Shown here in pieces: positions 37,621 through 47,089 of a stretch of 64,000 nucleotides of DNA. The DNA is from Candidatus Latescibacterota bacterium (GTDB lineage: Bacteria; Latescibacterota; UBA2968; GCA-2709665), in contig OZ220733.1 in NCBI GenBank assembly GCA_965116875.1, positions 3,936,001-4,000,000 of the forward strand, in the 5' to 3' direction. Position 1 is the stretch's first letter, and each line of letters opens with the position of its first letter. The translations under genes and the position numbers were made by a program. The notes beneath the pieces are model-generated. The model was not told the DNA's origin and did not search any database. It worked only from the letters and a program-made list of their open reading frames with translations.

Positions 37621-39306
37621 ATGCGCGAGCACGACCCGTTGCCGGACATCGAGATCGCGAGGCGAGCACGCCTGCTCCATATAGGCCAGGTCGCGCAGAC
37701 ACTGGGCGTGCCGGAAGACCAGCTGGAGGTCTACGGCAGGCATAAGGCCAAGGTTTCGATGGACTTTTGCGACAGCCTTGCCGGCAATGCCACCGGCAGG
37801 CTGGTGCTGGTCTCGGCGATCAATCCCACGCCGTCCGGTGAGGGCAAAACCACCACAACCGTGGGCCTGGGCGATGCGCTGAACCGGCTGGGAAAGCGCA
37901 CCGCCATCTGTCTCAGGGAGCCTTCCCTGGGACCCTGTTTCGGGATGAAGGGGGGGGCTGCCGGCGGCGGGATGTCCCAGGTGGCGCCGATGGAGGACAT
38001 CAACCTGCACTTTACGGGCGATATCCATGCCATCGGGGTCGCCCACAATCTGCTGTCCGCTGCGATCGACAACCACATCCATCACCGGAACCGGCTGGAA
38101 ATCGACCCCCGGCGCGTACTCTGGAAGCGCGTGATGGACATGAACGACCGCGCGCTTCGTGAAATCGTCGTCGGTCTGGGAGGTACGGGGAACTCCTATC
38201 CTCGTGAATCCGGATTTGAGATCACGGTCGCGTCCGAAGTGATGGCGATTTTCTGCCTGTCGGAGTCGCTCGACGAACTCCGGGAGCGGCTGGGTCGGAT
38301 CGTCGTGGCGGTTACGCGGGCCAATGAACCGGTCACGGCGGAGGACCTCAACGTGCACGGGGCGATGGCCGTACTGTTGAGAGACGCGCTGAAGCCGAAT
38401 CTGGTACAGACCCTGGAGAACAACCCGGCCATCGTTCACGGCGGTCCGTTCGCCAATATCGCGCATGGTTGCAATTCGGTGATCGCGACGAAGCTGGCGA
38501 TGCGTCTGTCCGAGTATACCGTAACCGAAGCCGGATTCGGCGCGGATCTGGGCGCGGAGAAGTTCCTGAACATCAAGTGCCGGCAGGCAGGTATCCGCCC
38601 CGATGTGGTGGTGCTCGTGGCGACGGTGCGCGGGCTGAAATACCATGGCGGCGTCTCGCTCAGGCGACTGTCGGACGCCGACCCGGCGGCGCTGGAAAAG
38701 GGGCTCGTCAACCTGAGGAAGCATATCGAAAACATCCGGCGTTTCGGCCTGCCCGCCGTCGTGGCCGTGAACCGGTTTCTTTCCGATACGTCCGGTGAGA
38801 TCGCTCGGATACAGGACGCGTGCGCCGATATGAATCTGCCGATCGTTCCTTCGGAACACTGGGCAAAAGGAGGGGTCGGCGCGGAGGCGCTTGCGGGGAC
38901 GGTTGTCGAAGCCGCGGAAACGGCGCCCCGCGATTTCAAGCTTCTCTATCCCGACGGTCTTCGGCTGTGGGACAAGGCCAGGATCGTTGCCCGCGAAGTC
39001 TACGGCGCCGACGATATTATGGGGGACAAACGGTTGAGGGCCCGGTTCGCAAAGCTCGAGGAAGCGGGCTACGGGAGGCTTCCGGTCTGTATGGCCAAGA
39101 CCCAGTATTCGCTCTCGACCGATCCGGGCTTGAAGGGCAGACCGAGGGGTTTCGACGTGCCCATTCGCGACGTCAGGGTATCTGCCGGCGCCGGGTTTGT
39201 GGTTGTGTATACAGGAGACGTCATGACAATGCCCGGGCTTCCGCGCAGGCCTTCCGCGGAAGCGATCGATTACGATGAAGCCGGGAACACGGTCGGATTG
39301 TTCTGA
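37621..39306 (+). CDS. fhs: Formate--tetrahydrofolate ligase
   Basis: [89 protein letters not shown]. Confidence 0.98.
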   Translation: MREHDPLPDIEIARRARLLHIGQVAQTLGVPEDQLEVYGRHKAKVSMDFCDSLAGNATGRLVLVSAINPTPSGEGKTTTTVGLGDALNRLGKRTAICLREPSLGPCFGMKGGAAGGGMSQVAPMEDINLHFTGDIHAIGVAHNLLSAAIDNHIHHRNRLEIDPRRVLWKRVMDMNDRALREIVVGLGGTGNSYPRESGFEITVASEVMAIFCLSESLDELRERLGRIVVAVTRANEPVTAEDLNVHGAMAVLLRDALKPNLVQTLENNPAIVHGGPFANIAHGCNSVIATKLAMRLSEYTVTEAGFGADLGAEKFLNIKCRQAGIRPDVVVLVATVRGLKYHGGVSLRRLSDADPAALEKGLVNLRKHIENIRRFGLPAVVAVNRFLSDTSGEIARIQDACADMNLPIVPSEHWAKGGVGAEALAGTVVEAAETAPRDFKLLYPDGLRLWDKARIVAREVYGADDIMGDKRLRARFAKLEEAGYGRLPVCMAKTQYSLSTDPGLKGRPRGFDVPIRDVRVSAGAGFVVVYTGDVMTMPGLPRRPSAEAIDYDEAGNTVGLF

Positions 39307-39340
39307 AGGCGGAACCTGGTTTGATTCCAGCCACGGACGT

Positions 39341-39520
39341 TTCGTCCATTCGTTTCTCGTCTGTTCGTCTTCTGGCTTTGCGAAACTGCGAATGTACGAG
39401 GGAACGAATGTACGAAAGAGCGGGAATACGTCGTTCGTCCTCTGGTTTTCTCGTCTATCGTCTCTTCGTTATCTCGTAGTCTCGTATTCTCGTAGTCTCG
39501 CTATCTCATTACTTCGCGTG
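39341..39520. repeat. Degenerate 8-bp periodic array with strand-switching blocks
   Basis: CG dinucleotides every 8 nt at 39381, 389, 397, 405, 413, 421, 429 (purine-rich, e.g. ACGAATGT) and at 39459, 467, 475, 483, 491, 499 (pyrimidine-rich, e.g. CTCGTAGT), plus a shorter pyrimidine block at 39341-39370. Confidence 0.75.
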
Positions 39521-39557
39521 TTTTGCAGTTTCCGGGTTGCTTCAAAGGAGGACGCAG

Positions 39558-39788
39558 ATGAGAACGGGTTTGGTTGAAACGTGGACGGGGAATCCGGCCG
39601 ACGTGGGCCCGATGTATCCCTTTGTCGGGTACGAGGTTCCTCTCTTCGTGGTCTGTATTATTCTGTGGCTTGCGTACACGATCTGGCAGATCAGACACGA
39701 GAATGCAACCTATGCTGACGAGTCGAAGCAACTGGCCGAAGCAGGTTCGCTGGTATCGGCGATTGAACGTGAGGGAAGGAACCTCTAA
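39558..39788 (+). CDS. Small single-pass membrane protein (76 aa)
   Basis: RBS AAGGAGG. MRTGLVETWTGNPADVGPMYPFVG followed by one hydrophobic helix (VPLFVVCIILWLAYTIW). Confidence 0.75.
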   Translation: MRTGLVETWTGNPADVGPMYPFVGYEVPLFVVCIILWLAYTIWQIRHENATYADESKQLAEAGSLVSAIEREGRNL

Positions 39789-39948
39789 CAGTCCGTTGAT
39801 AAAGTCGCTCTGCAGGCGAGGCCGAGCCATTGTGGTCGAAGACAAGGCGCGCGACCGAGTCCCATCCTGCGATTCGGCGAGGGAGCGCAACGCAGGTTTT
39901 CGACCGCAAGGGCCGGACGCAGCCCGGATGGACTTTTTCAACGGGCTG
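39789..39948. mobile_element. MITE family A, long (160 bp) copy
   Basis: Same ends as the 28859 copy (CAGTCCGTTGATAAAGTCGCTCTGCAGGC ... GCAGCCCGGATGGACTTTTTCAACGGGCTG). Flanks CTAA/CTAT. Confidence 0.85.
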
Positions 39949-39969
39949 CTATAAGGAGGAGAACCGACG

Positions 39970-41304
39970 ATGACGCTGGACCAGGTTAAAGAATTCGTAG
40001 CCGCGAATGGAATCGACTTCTTTCTGTGTTCATTCGTGGAGATGAGCGGAATGCCCAAGGCGAAGGTGGTGCCTGTGACCCACCTCGACGACATGGCCTC
40101 GGAGGGCGCGGGGTTCGCGGGGTTCGCGGCGGGCAATATGGGGCAGGGACCGCACGATTCCGATATGATGAACATCCCGGACTTCAACTCGATGACCGTA
40201 TTGCCGTGGCGCAAGAATACGGCGTGGGTTGCGGGCAACATCCAGGTTGAGGGGGAGCCTTTCGGGTATTGTCCGCGGACGATCCTGCAGCGCCAGCTCG
40301 CGAAGGCGGAGGCGATGGGATATCGCCTGAATCTGGGCGTGGAGGCGGAGTTCATTCTCCTGAAAAAAGACGACCAGGGGAACTATGTGCTGGCCGATCC
40401 GATGGACACGCTCGAAAAGCCCTGTTACGATCTCGTCACCCTTCATCGCAACCTGGACGTGATGACCACGCTGATCGGGTATATGCAGGAGCTGGGATGG
40501 GAACCCTATGCAAACGACCACGAAGACGCCAATTGCCAGTTCGAAATCAACTGGACCTATTCCGACGCGCTGACGACCGCCGATCGCCAGACGTTTTTCA
40601 GGTGGATGGTGAAGGTGAACGCGGAGCGGCTCGGGTACCACGCGACCTTCATGCCGAAGCCGTTTTCTCATCTCACGGGAAGCGGAGCGCACTATCACAT
40701 GAGCCTGTGGGACCCGGAGAACAGGACCAACCTTTTCCTCGACGACGGGGATGAAAACGGCCTGTCGAAGGAGGCTTACTGGTTCATGGCAGGCATCCTC
40801 AACCACGCGAAGGCGATTTCAGCCGTGTCCGCGCCGCTGGTGAACAGCTACAAACGCCTCACGCGCGGCGCGCCTCGATCTGGCGCGTCCTGGGCGCCGA
40901 TCTGCATCACCTACGGCGGATCGAACCGGACGCAGATGGTTCGAATTCCGGACGCGGGTCGGATCGAGAACCGGGCGATCGACGGGGCGGCGAATCCGTA
41001 CCTGACGACCGCGGCAATGCTGGCGGCCGGGCTGGACGGCATCGAAAACCGCATGGAACCCGGCGAACGCAACGAGGGCAACTTGTATGAGGTGTCCGAG
41101 AGCGATTTGAGAGCGAGGGGCATCGACCTTCTCCCGGGTACCCTGGCGGAGGCGGCCGATCACCTGGCGTCCGACGACGTGCTCCGGGAGGCGCTCGGCA
41201 CGGAATATGCGGACTATTACGTGCAGGTGAAACGCGAAGAGTGGGCGGAGTACCATCTGCACGTCGACCAGTGGGAACGCGAGCGCTATCTGCCGGTCTA
41301 TTAG
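39970..41304 (+). CDS. gmaS: Gamma-glutamylmethylamide synthetase (type III glutamine synthetase-like, GlnT)
   Basis: AKVVP, GAGFAGFAA, GVEAEF, KPCYD, YANDHEDANCQFEINW, TFMPKPFSHLTGSGAH, NSYKRL...SGASWAP, NRTQMVRIP, DGAANPYL. RBS AAGGAGG. Confidence 0.87.
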   Translation: MTLDQVKEFVAANGIDFFLCSFVEMSGMPKAKVVPVTHLDDMASEGAGFAGFAAGNMGQGPHDSDMMNIPDFNSMTVLPWRKNTAWVAGNIQVEGEPFGYCPRTILQRQLAKAEAMGYRLNLGVEAEFILLKKDDQGNYVLADPMDTLEKPCYDLVTLHRNLDVMTTLIGYMQELGWEPYANDHEDANCQFEINWTYSDALTTADRQTFFRWMVKVNAERLGYHATFMPKPFSHLTGSGAHYHMSLWDPENRTNLFLDDGDENGLSKEAYWFMAGILNHAKAISAVSAPLVNSYKRLTRGAPRSGASWAPICITYGGSNRTQMVRIPDAGRIENRAIDGAANPYLTTAAMLAAGLDGIENRMEPGERNEGNLYEVSESDLRARGIDLLPGTLAEAADHLASDDVLREALGTEYADYYVQVKREEWAEYHLHVDQWERERYLPVY

Positions 41305-41344
41305 TGGCTGTCGTTGGGAGTCATCGATCTCCGCACCGCCATTT

Positions 41345-41448
41345 GGGCGCCCACAAGGGTTGCCCCTGCAAATGCAACGTCGGCGCGTAGCCCGGAGTAT
41401 TCAATTCCTGGATGTTTGGTCGTGTAGGGGCGCCCCTTGTGGGCGCCC
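41345..41448. repeat. Inverted pair of GTAG-family REP-like palindromes
   Basis: GGGCGCCCACAAGGGTTGCCCCTGCA (41345-41370) is the near reverse complement of TGTAGGGGCGCCCCTTGTGGGCGCCC (41423-41448). Confidence 0.75.
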
Positions 41449-41494
41449 GGCCGACGACATCCTTGCGGTATCGAGAATCTGACGGGATAAGTCA

Positions 41495-42838
41495 ATGAAA
41501 AGTGAAGCCAGGCGGCCGGTTCGGGAGGCGCCGCGCGGCATCGGAGGCTTGTTGCGGAATATCGGACCGGGCGTGGTCGTGTCGGGTTCGGTGGTCGGGT
41601 CCGGCGAGTTGCTGGTGACCACGCGCATGGGGGCGGAGGTGGGGTTCGTCTTCCTCTGGGGGGTGATCCTGGCCTGTCTGGTCAAATTCTTCATCCAGCT
41701 GGAACTCGGGCGGCAGTGCGTCCTTCACAACAACACGACGATCCAGGTGCTGGACCGTGTGCCCGGGATGCGCCTGGCGAAGGCCTCCTGGGCGGCCTGG
41801 CTGTGCGTGTTGGGTTATTTCTCCGTGATGATTGCCGTGATCGGCATCCTGGGTTCCGTGGCTGGGCTGATGGTGACCCTGTTCCCCGGCGTCCCGTACA
41901 ATGTCTGGGCCATGCTGGTTTTCGCGGCAATCTCGGTACTGCTGTACCGGGGTCTGTACGCCGACCTGGAGCGGATGATCACAATACTCGTCGCGGGCTT
42001 CAGCCTGGTGGTCATCGGGTCCGTGCTGACGATGCAGGCAACGCCCTACGCCGTGAGTGGCGCCGAGGTATTGTCGGGGTTTCGCTTCGCCCTGCCCGCG
42101 GACGGGGCGTTCGTCGCCATGGCCGTGATGGGGTCCGTGGGCGCGACGGCGGTGGAGCTGTTCATGTATCCGTACTGGGTGCGGGAGAAGGGGTATGCGG
42201 ATTACGTGGGACCGCGGGAGGATACGCCGGAGTGGCGGGCGCGCTATCGGGGTTGGATGCGGGTGCTGAAAGCCGATGCGCTGGTCTGCACCGGAATCGC
42301 TTTGGTGATTACCTGCGCATACTATCTGCTGGGCGCCTCCATTCTGAAGAAGCTGAACGTGGTCCCCCAGGGCATGGAGGTCGTGGAGCAGGTATCGCTG
42401 ATATTCACGCAAAGCATTGGACCATGGACCAAGAACGTGTTCATGTTCGGCGCTTTCTGCACGCTGTTTTCCACGCTGCTCGTCTTTACGGCCAGCTCCG
42501 GGCGCATCAGCGTGGATTTTCTGAGGCAGACGGGCGTCTCCGGCCTGGACAGCGAAGCGGTCCGGCTGCGGCTGCTGCGGGCGTTGCAGGTCGCCTTTCC
42601 GTTTCTGTGGCTTTGCGTGACCATTGCAACCCCCGATACCCCGCTGGCACTGGTACTCATCGGCGCCAATGCAAACAACCTGCTGCTGATTCCGATGGCC
42701 TACGGGGTGGTGCACCTTGCGATGCGGGCTGCGGAAGCGGAGAGAATGTCCGTCTGGACGGAACTTGCATTGTTGCTGACGATCTGGGCGATCGTCAACT
42801 TTACCGCGGTTAATCTCTATTTGAACTGGACGAGATAA
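41495..42838 (+). CDS. NRAMP/MntH-like (APC superfamily) transporter
   Basis: IGPGVVVSGSVVGSGEL, LWGVILACLVKFFIQLELGR, about 11 TM segments, YPYW..EKG, FCTLFST. The canonical DPGN is absent, so the substrate is uncertain. Confidence 0.8.
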   Translation: MKSEARRPVREAPRGIGGLLRNIGPGVVVSGSVVGSGELLVTTRMGAEVGFVFLWGVILACLVKFFIQLELGRQCVLHNNTTIQVLDRVPGMRLAKASWAAWLCVLGYFSVMIAVIGILGSVAGLMVTLFPGVPYNVWAMLVFAAISVLLYRGLYADLERMITILVAGFSLVVIGSVLTMQATPYAVSGAEVLSGFRFALPADGAFVAMAVMGSVGATAVELFMYPYWVREKGYADYVGPREDTPEWRARYRGWMRVLKADALVCTGIALVITCAYYLLGASILKKLNVVPQGMEVVEQVSLIFTQSIGPWTKNVFMFGAFCTLFSTLLVFTASSGRISVDFLRQTGVSGLDSEAVRLRLLRALQVAFPFLWLCVTIATPDTPLALVLIGANANNLLLIPMAYGVVHLAMRAAEAERMSVWTELALLLTIWAIVNFTAVNLYLNWTR

Positions 42839-42865
42839 GGTACTGAACAGTCGAGCAAGTTCTCA

Positions 42866-42891
42866 GCGGCGGCCGGCAACGGCCGCCGTTT
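42866..42891 (+). terminator. Rho-independent terminator-like hairpin
   Basis: GCGGCGGCCG-GCAA-CGGCCGCCGT followed by TTCCCGTTT, between convergent genes. Confidence 0.55.
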
Positions 42892-42960
42892 CCCGTTTGT
42901 CGTCTTTCGCGTTTCGGCCGCTGCACCCTTCCCCAGGCCGGGGATCGGCAATCGCCCGAG

Positions 42961-45312
42961 TCACTCCGTTGTCTCCACCCAGATGGGTGTGCTCCATCCT
43001 TTGGCGCCCAGGGCGTGCGCGACGTTGGCCGGATATTGGGGGATGGCTTCGGGCGAAAGGACTTCGAGATGGTAGTAGTGCCTTCCGGGGCGGTACCGGC
43101 GCAACTGGAATTCCTTTCGCTCTCCCCGGGTCCGTCCGACGAACCTCTCGTCGTACATCAGACGCCCGTCCCGGTGGACGCGCAGGATGTATTCCCGGCC
43201 CGCTTCGCCCTGCACGCGCCACTTCAGCACCGGGTCGTCCCGGACGACAAGCGAACTGCCCATCATCCGATCGTTGATCGTGAACTCGATCAGGATTTTC
43301 CGGCCGGCCGTTGCGTAACAGCGCCTGGCCCTGATCGCGTCCAGAAACGCGGCGCGGTCCAGGCGTTCCGCCCAGATGCCGGTGAGCGCGCCGCTCAGGC
43401 CCGGGTTGCGGTGGTGGCTGTCTCCGCTGCCGGTGAACGCGAACTTGTGGCCTGCGTCCAGGTATTTGAAGTAGACGTCGTACAGGTCGATGTTGATCAT
43501 CCACGCGGCGCACACGTCGACGCCCCACTCCACGTCCGTGTCGTAGAGGTTCCACTTCCCGTTGTGGGGATGGGGGAGCGGCAGGTAGCCCCTTTCTTTA
43601 AACCAGTCGAGGCACTCCCGGGTGTCCTTGTGGGTATGCCGCTCGCCTTTCGAGTGGGCCTCTTTGTACTTGAAGTGGAGCAGGTCCATTTCCATTTCGT
43701 CGTCGTCCGACATCACGGATCGGTGGTCCCGCCCGGAGTCGACGCGGTCGGTGATCGTCATTTCGTAACCGGGAAACAGGGCGAAACGTCCGGGTTCATT
43801 CAGGACCATGGCGTTGCCCTTGACGTAGTCCCACTCGTAGTCCTTCAGGTGCCTCACGTTCCGGCGGGTGGGCAGGTTCCAGAAACTGTCGTTGTCGGAA
43901 ATGGTCAGTCCGTCGATCTGCGCCTTGTCCCGCGCGTAGTGGCCCAGTTCATCGGGCTCACCCTCCACCTCGATGGATGCCGACGAGTGGCAGTGCAGAT
44001 CCACCCAGAAGAGCTGATATCTGCCGGTTTCCCCACCCGGCAACTCGTTCCGGGGCCGGGCGGCCGGGGGCGCGGTGTCAAACGGCAACCGGACTTCCTT
44101 CCATTCGGTCAGGTCGACGCGGCGGCATTCAGGGGGAATAGCGGACAGACCGGTCGAGAGGCGGACCGTCTCCAGGTAACGCTCATCGGTGATCATGTCC
44201 TGCGACAGGAGGTGAACCACGTTCCCGACCTCGTCGTTGTGGGGAAGCTCGTAGAAGACGTCTCCTTCCGCCACGCAGAGAGGTTCCGACCAGTCGCCGT
44301 TCCTGCAGTGGTGGCCGAACAGGCGACCCGTTGAAGTAAGCGTTCCCTGCTCACTGTCGGCCTTGACCTCGTAGAAGAGCCAGACGCCGCCGGATTCGGC
44401 CGCCTTGAGGACGGGGAAGAGGCGCCTTCCCATGTGCCCCAGATTGGGCGGTTTTGGGAATTCGGTCAGGAGTCCGTAGTGCAGCGGCGCAATGTCCGCC
44501 CCGCCGTCGGGTCCCGTCAGCGGTTCCCACGCCCCGCCGTCCAGCCGGGCACCCCGCAGCGAGTATTTCTGCTGGAGCGTGCTGCGCCGGTACATGACGT
44601 CCACGCCGCGCACCCACACCGCCCACAGCGCCCCTCCCGCGTCCCTGCAGAGGCTGGACCTGTTTTCCCATCCCTGATCGCAACTGATTCTGACCGCTTT
44701 CCGAGGGCCCGTCGGGCCAACGGCGCAGCCATAGACGTCGTAGGTGTGGTCGACGTAGCTGTCCCAGACAATATAGACGCCTTCCGCTCCCCATTCGACC
44801 ATCCTGGGCCGATAGTTGTACCGGCTCCCCTTTCCGGCCGACCAGGTTGTGGTCGTCCCATCCGGAAGCGTCCTCAGGATCCGGATGCGGCTCTCTCCCT
44901 TTTCGGACTGGGCCCAGCAAATCCAGAGGACGCCGCTTTCGTCGAGAAGGGCCTGCGGCTCCCAGACCTTCGCCGACGCAGGCAGGACGTGCCGCTCACG
45001 GCAGGAAGTGAATCCGTCCCCGTCACTTCCGCGGGTCCGGAACGCGTACTGGCGGCCGGTCTTTTCCAGCCAGACGAACACCGCCTCGTCGCCGTTCGGG
45101 ATGCAGATCGGGCGCGTCTGCATGGTGTTGTTGGGTGACAGCGGCTCTATCGAACAGCCGGTTTCACCGACGAATTTCCGGACGAATGCCCTCGACCCCG
45201 CGGCGCCGTAGGCCGCCCAGGCGGTCCAGCAGAGTTCTCCGTCGCCCAGGGTGCAGAGGTTGGGTTCGTAACTGTCTTTCGAATAGACGCCCTCTGTGAC
45301 GACCATCTTCAC
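42961..45312 (-). CDS. Hypothetical protein: N-terminal beta-propeller-like repeats plus C-terminal PHP-like metallohydrolase (DUF3604/CehA-McbA-like)
   Basis: FWVDLHCHS, ISDND, FPGYE, PHPH, FTGSGDSHH, LTGIWAE, AIRARRCYAT, WSTPIWV. Confidence 0.72.
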   Translation of the reverse strand: MKMVVTEGVYSKDSYEPNLCTLGDGELCWTAWAAYGAAGSRAFVRKFVGETGCSIEPLSPNNTMQTRPICIPNGDEAVFVWLEKTGRQYAFRTRGSDGDGFTSCRERHVLPASAKVWEPQALLDESGVLWICWAQSEKGESRIRILRTLPDGTTTTWSAGKGSRYNYRPRMVEWGAEGVYIVWDSYVDHTYDVYGCAVGPTGPRKAVRISCDQGWENRSSLCRDAGGALWAVWVRGVDVMYRRSTLQQKYSLRGARLDGGAWEPLTGPDGGADIAPLHYGLLTEFPKPPNLGHMGRRLFPVLKAAESGGVWLFYEVKADSEQGTLTSTGRLFGHHCRNGDWSEPLCVAEGDVFYELPHNDEVGNVVHLLSQDMITDERYLETVRLSTGLSAIPPECRRVDLTEWKEVRLPFDTAPPAARPRNELPGGETGRYQLFWVDLHCHSSASIEVEGEPDELGHYARDKAQIDGLTISDNDSFWNLPTRRNVRHLKDYEWDYVKGNAMVLNEPGRFALFPGYEMTITDRVDSGRDHRSVMSDDDEMEMDLLHFKYKEAHSKGERHTHKDTRECLDWFKERGYLPLPHPHNGKWNLYDTDVEWGVDVCAAWMINIDLYDVYFKYLDAGHKFAFTGSGDSHHRNPGLSGALTGIWAERLDRAAFLDAIRARRCYATAGRKILIEFTINDRMMGSSLVVRDDPVLKWRVQGEAGREYILRVHRDGRLMYDERFVGRTRGERKEFQLRRYRPGRHYYHLEVLSPEAIPQYPANVAHALGAKGWSTPIWVETTE

Positions 45313-45455
45313 GGAAACGATTCCTTGTGCAGAGACGTTTTTGGGGAAGCCTGGATGTCCGGGAGGGATGGAGATCCGTCGTCAGGATGCCCGGCGTGGA
45401 TCGTCAACCAGATATGCGTTCGTGGCCGTGCCGGCTCGAATTCGAGCCGCTGCGC

Positions 45456-47078
45456 TCATTTCCAGGGCTTTCCCGACTCCGTCACTTCCTCCTGGGTCGT
45501 GGCCTCCGGCCCAAAGCGGATGTGACGGAAGGCGAACGGGATATGGCGTCGGCCGAACAGTGCGTGGGTGAACCCCCAATGGCACAATGTGAAGACGGTC
45601 GCTGCGGCCAGCCCGATGAGGATCGTGTTCCGGATCCAATCGACACGGGCGCCTGCCTGCGGCACCGTGGGACCATATGCGGGATCGGCAAGCGTTATGG
45701 AAGCGGCCAGGACGGTGCAGACGATGGCGTTGAACGTAATCAGACCCTCGGTTACCAGGCGCCGGGGACTGAATTCAACGATCTTCAGGGCGAAGTTGAA
45801 ATTGACGACCCACCACAGAAAGACCAGGTAGAGAAGCTGGCCCTTGCCCAGCCAGGGATCCGGAATGAATGCAAGGGACTGCGAGCGGTGCATCTGCATC
45901 AGCCAGAAAACGGCGATGCCGATGGCGATGTAGATCAGTTCAATCCACCCGATCCAGCCCCTGGACCGCACAAACCAGCCCGCTACGGAAAGTCCGTAGG
46001 GTCTCTCCGGCAGGGCGTCCACTTTATCGACCCAGTTTCCGGATGCTTTTCGGTGGTTCAGGTACGTCAGGCCGATCAGAACGAAACCCGTCGCGAACAT
46101 TCCCGTCCACGCCGGCATGGGGTACGCATCGGAATTCGGGGGCGCAATAACCGATAGCAGACCCATCGAGACGGCAATGGCAATGCCGTGGAAGAGGCCC
46201 TGGGTCTGTTCCATGACACTGTGCCAGTTCGTCTGCAATCCGGTACGGATATTCAGCAGTTTCAGGAACTGACCCAGGCTGAAGCCGACACCTCCGATGA
46301 ACCCCGTGATCAGCGAGGCAAGGGCAAGACCGTTCAGGTCGTAACGCCAGCAGAAGATCAGCAGCCCGAAGGCAAGGCCGACGCAACCGGCCCAGTTATC
46401 GCCCCGTGGAGGCGTCATCCGGAGCTTGAAGCAAACGACGAGCAGAAGAAAGGGTACGTACCATCCCACTGTAAGGTGAAGTACAAGGGACGTGGCGATA
46501 TCGAAACCTCCGCGAACGGCTGCGACGATCAACCCGGCGGCCATCGCCACAAGCGTCGCCAGCCAGTCGGTATCGTACCAGGTGAGGCTGGCTCTGCCGG
46601 ACTTTCCCGTACCTGAGAATACCAGGTCGACCAGAATCGACTGAATCGCCCATCCCGAGAAGATCGCGGCCAGCGGCGCAAAGAAAAGTGTAAGTCTGTC
46701 TCCGGTGAGCAATGCCGGAAGCGCGGTCCCTGCGCCGCCCATGAACGCCCATAGAAAGCCGATGACGAACAGGTTGGCGAATCCGTAAAGCACGGAGGGC
46801 GGGTGGCCGGAGTGCGTGTAACCGACCACGCCCATGTAGGACATGCTTCCGCCGAAGGACCAGCCGAGCGCGCCGAACATCGCAAAGTAGTGAACATGGG
46901 CCAGCCAGTCGGGGCGCCCTGATACCAGCACCGCGGCGATTGCCGCCAGCGCGCCCGGTATGGCCGCGCCGTACTCGTGGCCGAAGTTGCCGCGGATCCC
47001 CCAGCCCACAGAAAGGGAAAGCCCGCAGAAGACCACGAGTTGCCACGTAATGCCCGAAGTCGCCAGATGCAGGTCCAT
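45456..47078 (-). CDS. Polytopic membrane protein of unknown function
   Basis: Many hydrophobic helices (about 14-15). Conserved-looking GWGIRGNFGHEYGA, FGGSMSY, RMTPPRGDNWAG, NWHSVMEQ. Confidence 0.75.
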   Translation of the reverse strand: MDLHLATSGITWQLVVFCGLSLSVGWGIRGNFGHEYGAAIPGALAAIAAVLVSGRPDWLAHVHYFAMFGALGWSFGGSMSYMGVVGYTHSGHPPSVLYGFANLFVIGFLWAFMGGAGTALPALLTGDRLTLFFAPLAAIFSGWAIQSILVDLVFSGTGKSGRASLTWYDTDWLATLVAMAAGLIVAAVRGGFDIATSLVLHLTVGWYVPFLLLVVCFKLRMTPPRGDNWAGCVGLAFGLLIFCWRYDLNGLALASLITGFIGGVGFSLGQFLKLLNIRTGLQTNWHSVMEQTQGLFHGIAIAVSMGLLSVIAPPNSDAYPMPAWTGMFATGFVLIGLTYLNHRKASGNWVDKVDALPERPYGLSVAGWFVRSRGWIGWIELIYIAIGIAVFWLMQMHRSQSLAFIPDPWLGKGQLLYLVFLWWVVNFNFALKIVEFSPRRLVTEGLITFNAIVCTVLAASITLADPAYGPTVPQAGARVDWIRNTILIGLAAATVFTLCHWGFTHALFGRRHIPFAFRHIRFGPEATTQEEVTESGKPWK

Positions 47079-47089
47079 TTGGGCCAACC

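Noticed and set aside
39341-39520. Repeat array considered as a CRISPR
   Set aside because: Units are 8 bp and degenerate, with no repeat-spacer structure and no cas genes.
39574-39954. 126-aa ORF ending AARMDFFNGLL (also ORF 2859-3167 and the N-terminal extension of 28894-29718)
   Set aside because: These read through MITE family A sequence; any shared peptide comes from the repeat, not from a gene family.
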